A stretch of 64,000 nucleotides of DNA, from contig CAWHWX010000016.1 in the NCBI GenBank assembly GCA_963833125.1, positions 192,001 through 256,000 on the forward strand, read 5' to 3'. A model generated the notes under the pieces. It did not search any database and was not told where the DNA came from. It worked only from the letters and a program-made list of their open reading frames with translations. Shown in pieces: positions 60,197 through 64,000 of this stretch. Made by a program: the position numbers and the translations under genes. The DNA is from Candidatus Bathyarchaeota archaeon. GTDB lineage: Archaea > Thermoproteota > Bathyarchaeia > 40CM-2-53-6. Each line of letters starts with the position of its first letter. Position 1 is the stretch's first letter.

Positions 60197-61356
60197 ACTT
60201 GCTCAAGAAGACGGTCGATCTCATCGTCCGTGTTGTAAAAGTGGGGTGAGACCCGTAACGTGTTAACTCGAGGGGCTACGATCACATGTTGTTCCTGAAG
60301 CTTCCTAGCTACCTGGGCGGCTTGATCGATCTCGAACGTGATAATTCCGCTAAGCTTCTCCTTCTCTAGGGGTGAAGTTATTCGCCTACCCTTTCCCCTC
60401 AAACCATCCACCAGTCTCTCGTTGAGCTTTTGAACCAGCGGCCAGCGTTCTTGTGGGGGGTACTTGAGTGTGAATTCCAATGCGGCCTTTGCCCCCTCAA
60501 CACTGATGACGGACCAGGTTCCCCACTCGAAGCGAGTCGCGTTCTTTGCGGGAGTAGCGTGGTTTAGGTCGAACGGCGTCCCAAACGGGTCCTGGAGTGC
60601 CTGGACCCTAGCTATGACTGAATCCTCGATTCCATGCCACCCAACTATTGACGGTTCAAGTTTCTCAACCACGTCTTGCTTCACATAGAGAAATGCAGCT
60701 CCGTGTGGGCCCATCAACCACTTGTAGGTTCCACACGTCAGGACATCCACCCCCAGCTTCCTAACGTCGACCGGCATGACACCCGCCGCGTGGAAGACGT
60801 CAACGATCATCAGCGCACCGTGGGAGTGTGCAAGCCTAGTTACCTCTGAAATAATTTCTCGACACCCGTTCACCCATGAAACGTAATCAAGCGAAACTGC
60901 AACCGTCTTATCGTCGATCGCACGTTCATAATCCGAAAACGGAACGCTTCCCCCCTTAGCCTTCAGGACCTTAACCTCAGAAAGTAATCCCCTCTGCCGC
61001 AGCGTATGCCAAAGGTAGACGTTAGTTGGAAAGTTCAGTTCACTAACAACAACGTTCTGACCCGATCCGAATCGCAGCGCGCTGGCTATTGCTCCGAGGC
61101 CGGAGGAAACGTTGGGTATACACGCGATCTCTTCAGGTTTGGCTCCGACCAGCTGGGCGAACAGTTCCCGTGCTCTGATGATGTCTAAGAGCCATGTCTC
61201 CCATTTCTCGCCGTAATCCCGCCATTCATTGAGAAAGGATTGCATAGCTTCGTGGACGCTGAATGGTGGGGGGCCCGCACCTGCATTATCCAGATACACA
61301 CGTCGTTTGAGTAAAGGGATTTGTTCTCTTACATCGACCAGATTCAAGTTTAACAC
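60193..61356 (-). CDS. Class V PLP-dependent aminotransferase (cysteine desulfurase/kynureninase-like)
   Basis: YLDNAG, VDVFHAAG, TYKWLMGPHG, RFEWGT, LRVSPHFYN. Confidence 0.88.
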   Translation of the reverse strand: MLNLNLVDVREQIPLLKRRVYLDNAGAGPPPFSVHEAMQSFLNEWRDYGEKWETWLLDIIRARELFAQLVGAKPEEIACIPNVSSGLGAIASALRFGSGQNVVVSELNFPTNVYLWHTLRQRGLLSEVKVLKAKGGSVPFSDYERAIDDKTVAVSLDYVSWVNGCREIISEVTRLAHSHGALMIVDVFHAAGVMPVDVRKLGVDVLTCGTYKWLMGPHGAAFLYVKQDVVEKLEPSIVGWHGIEDSVIARVQALQDPFGTPFDLNHATPAKNATRFEWGTWSVISVEGAKAALEFTLKYPPQERWPLVQKLNERLVDGLRGKGRRITSPLEKEKLSGIITFEIDQAAQVARKLQEQHVIVAPRVNTLRVSPHFYNTDDEIDRLLEQV

Positions 61357-61399
61357 TCGAATCGTTGCGTGCTAACGGCTGACAATTACGGCGGTTCCA

Positions 61400-61437
61400 A
61401 TAAGAGAAAGAGAAAGAAAAAGGGAGGGGAGAGAAAT
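61400..61437 (-). terminator. Pyrimidine-rich terminator tract
   Basis: Minus-strand TTTCTCTCCCCTCCCTTTTTCTTTCTCTTTCTCTT just after the 61451 stop. Confidence 0.5.
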
Positions 61438-61450
61438 CGGGATAAGTAGA

Positions 61451-62722
61451 CTAGCTTTCTTGTGAGGTCTCTGTGTTTTCGGTTTTCTTCCGGTGGTCTG
61501 TCCTCTGAGCCGTGCTGGATTGGTTTTGCGGTGAAGTGTTGCTAGTGTGCGAAGTTTGTTGTACGGTTCGCGTGTTGCCGCGTCCTCTGCCTAGGAATGC
61601 GATTAATCCGCCTACGATCAATAGGGCTGCGACAATAACTGCAGCTATCGTTAAGTAAAGTACGGTGGAGTCAGTCCGCCAGGTTGCGATTACGTTCTTC
61701 GGGCCATCCATAACTACGGTGGTTGATTGACTGGATGACTGGATGTCACCTTGCCAACCGTTGAAAACGATGCTGACCCCGTAGCTTGTGCTGACCGGTG
61801 TTGAAACGTAGATTTGAGCAGTGCTGCCGGAATCATACCAACCAGACCCGGAGGAAACTCCTTGATCTGACTGGACGTTCAGATAGTATTGTTGTCCATA
61901 GACTGCGGTAACAGTATGTGGCGCATCCATAACGACGTTTAGCGATGAACCGGACTGTGTTCCTTGGCCATCAACCGACCAACCTTGAAAGGCTAACCTG
62001 CTGCCTCCATCCCCTCCAATCGTTTGGCCTGCATTCTGAACGGACACGGTGCTGCCCGAGTTGTACCAGCCTTGACCTTGCGGAGCGGGAGCGTTCTGAG
62101 GTTGTGCTTGGACGCTTAGGTAGTATTGTTGTTGGTAGACTGCTGTGATCGTCATGGCTCCGTTCACGGTTACGGTTCCGCTGCTGCCAGTTCCTGTAAA
62201 GTCACCCGACCAGCCAGTAAACACGTATCGAGTATTCGATGACACCTGAACGGTGTTCTGGGTTACGGAGAACGAGGCTGAGCTTCCTGCCGTGTACGTT
62301 CCGCTGCCGGTAACGGTTCCGAGGCTAGAAGGATTTGTTGCTACGGTCAGCTTGTAACTTGACGGCGTGGGGGAGTACCCGTAGCTCCCGTAATAGTTTG
62401 AGTAGTAGTTTGAGTATGGGTATCCGCCATAGTAGTTTGAGTAATAGTACGGATAGTAGCTTGAGTAATACGGGTAGTAGTAGGAATAGTAGTCGCAATA
62501 ATAGTACGGGTAGTAGGAGTAATAGTACCAAGAAGAGTAGGAGCAATCGTAAGTCGAGTTGTACCAGGTGGGGCTCATACCGGTTGGGTGCGACGAAGGA
62601 TAAGCCGCCTGAGGACTGTGCGGCACGGCCGCCACTGTACTTGGTTGCGCGGATAGAAGAACCAGTGCAATGCTAAGCGCGAGTATAGCGATTGTAAGTT
62701 TCGGTAAATATTCTCTCGCCAA
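61451..62722 (-). CDS. Cell-surface protein with Tyr-rich low-complexity region, three beta repeats and C-terminal TM
   Basis: Signal peptide; Y/S/N/P-rich tract; repeats YxLxV...GxGxYxxGS...FxGW; TM and polar tail. Confidence 0.82.
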   Translation of the reverse strand: MAREYLPKLTIAILALSIALVLLSAQPSTVAAVPHSPQAAYPSSHPTGMSPTWYNSTYDCSYSSWYYYSYYPYYYCDYYSYYYPYYSSYYPYYYSNYYGGYPYSNYYSNYYGSYGYSPTPSSYKLTVATNPSSLGTVTGSGTYTAGSSASFSVTQNTVQVSSNTRYVFTGWSGDFTGTGSSGTVTVNGAMTITAVYQQQYYLSVQAQPQNAPAPQGQGWYNSGSTVSVQNAGQTIGGDGGSRLAFQGWSVDGQGTQSGSSLNVVMDAPHTVTAVYGQQYYLNVQSDQGVSSGSGWYDSGSTAQIYVSTPVSTSYGVSIVFNGWQGDIQSSSQSTTVVMDGPKNVIATWRTDSTVLYLTIAAVIVAALLIVGGLIAFLGRGRGNTRTVQQTSHTSNTSPQNQSSTAQRTDHRKKTENTETSQES

Positions 62723-62874
62723 TGTTATCAGCTAAAAGGTGGAAGGATGCCTATTTTTCCTTTACTCAAGTTGTAACAATGAATGGATGGGACCTGTAGC
62801 TACACCTGTGTCTGTGTGGTTCAATTCCTTTTAAGTACCCCCTACCCACGAAATTACGTACCCAGGTGGATTCT

Positions 62875-63106
62875 GTGGTTGTGAAAGCGTTCGTATTGGT
62901 TCAAGCACAGCTTGGACGGTCTCGTTCGGTATGCAAGGGCTATTGAGAAAGTCAAGGGCGTGAAAATGGTATTCGCCGTAACGGGTGTGTACGACGTCAT
63001 TGCCTACCTAGAAATGCGTGATATGACCACGCTGTCCGAGCTCGTGATCAAGAGGATTCAATCCGTTAAGGGCGTCGAGCGAACTCACACGGCAATCGTT
63101 GTGTGA
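62875..63106 (+). CDS. Stand-alone Lrp/AsnC ligand-binding domain protein (frameshift near 62930)
   Basis: VKAFVLV...VTGVYDVIA...IQSVKGVERTHTAIV. Confidence 0.8.
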
Positions 63107-63123
63107 TTCACTCAACGCCTTCT

Positions 63124-63966
63124 TTATTCTATCATCTCGCGTCGGTTTCCGCAAAGGTTCCATTCGTTAGATGAATACTTGTGGGCGAGTAGCTCTTTTG
63201 AGTATGCTTCCTCTGCTTCGGATAATGAGCCAAGTACCAATTCTACGCGAAATTGATTCTCGAGTACCGTTACCAAGCTACGCGTCACAGCATCAATGCC
63301 GATTGGTTTGGATAGCTCCTTGGATATGGTTGTAACCGGGTTCCATTTGCTGTGAACGAACCGGGTCAGAGTTCTTGCCTTGCTGGGACCCAGGATTCGC
63401 TCTAGTAATCGTGTATCCGTTGTCACCATTATTGAGCAGTGCCAGAGAGCAAACTCTTTTCCCAAGGCGGCTGCGGCGCCACATAATTTTCTACCATCAG
63501 CAAGAATCGAGTTGGGAGCGGAGAGCGAACAATCTAAGCCGAGATCACTTAATCCGTCCAAAACGATGCGCATGTTCTGCTCGTTGAACTTCAGTATGGA
63601 TGTGTTCTGCTCAGGTTTGGTCACTAAGGTGAGGTTCAGGGTTCCTCTATCGTGAAAGACTGTGCCTCCCCCCGTGAACCTTCGCGCTACTTGCACATGA
63701 CTAAGGTTGCATTCTTCAAGGTCGACCTCATCCGCAGCTTCTTGAAACCGTCCTATAACCACGGAGTTCGGGTTCCACCAGAACCTTACTGTTGGCAGGC
63801 GGTCCGAATTCTCGGACCAGTTCGCTCGGGCCAGTGCTTCTTCCAGTGCGAGATTCATGAAAGGAGAATCATAACTTCGATTAAGCATCCTCCAACCAGA
63901 AACGCTATCTTGTTTCATCACCAAGGTCGACATCGAGCTACGATTCTCTTTGGAATGAACGGCCAA
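63124..63966 (-). CDS. lplA: Lipoate-protein ligase A catalytic subunit
   Basis: NLALEEAL, SVVIGRFQ, RRFTGGGTVFHD, GRKLCGAA, YSSNEWN. Confidence 0.88.
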   Translation of the reverse strand: MAVHSKENRSSMSTLVMKQDSVSGWRMLNRSYDSPFMNLALEEALARANWSENSDRLPTVRFWWNPNSVVIGRFQEAADEVDLEECNLSHVQVARRFTGGGTVFHDRGTLNLTLVTKPEQNTSILKFNEQNMRIVLDGLSDLGLDCSLSAPNSILADGRKLCGAAAALGKEFALWHCSIMVTTDTRLLERILGPSKARTLTRFVHSKWNPVTTISKELSKPIGIDAVTRSLVTVLENQFRVELVLGSLSEAEEAYSKELLAHKYSSNEWNLCGNRREMIE

Positions 63967-64000
63967 AGCTTCTGCCTATTGAGAACCGACCCAAGTTTCG

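Noticed and set aside
62761-62777. TTTAC-N7-GTAAC as another heat-shock operator
   Set aside because: The spacer is 7 rather than 5 nt and the adjacent genes are not stress genes
849-63106. Programmed frameshifting or mass pseudogenisation (about 20 split genes)
   Set aside because: Essential genes (ABCE1, thermosome) and dnaK/dnaJ are affected, the breaks are single-base indels often in short homopolymers, and there are no common slippery motifs or accumulated in-frame stops; uncorrected long-read error is the simplest explanation
1-64000. CRISPR array, rRNA, intact transposase, or Sec/Pyl read-through
   Set aside because: No regularly spaced repeats, rRNA-like tracts, transposase motifs or in-frame TGA/TAG within otherwise continuous genes were seen by eye

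Overview
Archaeal chromosomal segment, most likely Bathyarchaeia or a related TACK lineage. This is inferred from multi-intron tRNAs, a thermosome alongside grpE-dnaK-dnaJ, Cgi121, ABCE1, PAC2, archaemetzincin and TATA/BRE promoters. About 20 genes, including essential ABCE1, thermosome and dnaK, carry single-base frameshifts that most likely reflect uncorrected long-read indels, so genes were re-joined by eye. Content: translation and tRNA-modification genes; an 8-gene surface-glycan locus (6.7-14.9 kb) that hides an F420-type split-barrel/methyltransferase fusion; a proteostasis operon with a eukaryote-like presenilin; three intron-containing tRNAs (Glu-CTC with 3 introns, one at position 10/11; Ile-CAT with 2; Val-TAC with 2); AsnA, LonC, SNF2, grpE-dnaK-dnaJ and orphan sdhC/D; and an accessory region (46-57.5 kb) with a tRNA-Val-linked integrase remnant, three proteins sharing an IPEYP-TM-RR C-terminal sorting signal, and a single-pass receptor-like protein fused to an inactive KaiC-like ATPase. 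The clearest cross-window signal is a shared GTYAC-N5-GTAAC palindrome at the promoters of the thermosome, dnaK and htpX, a candidate heat-shock regulon.
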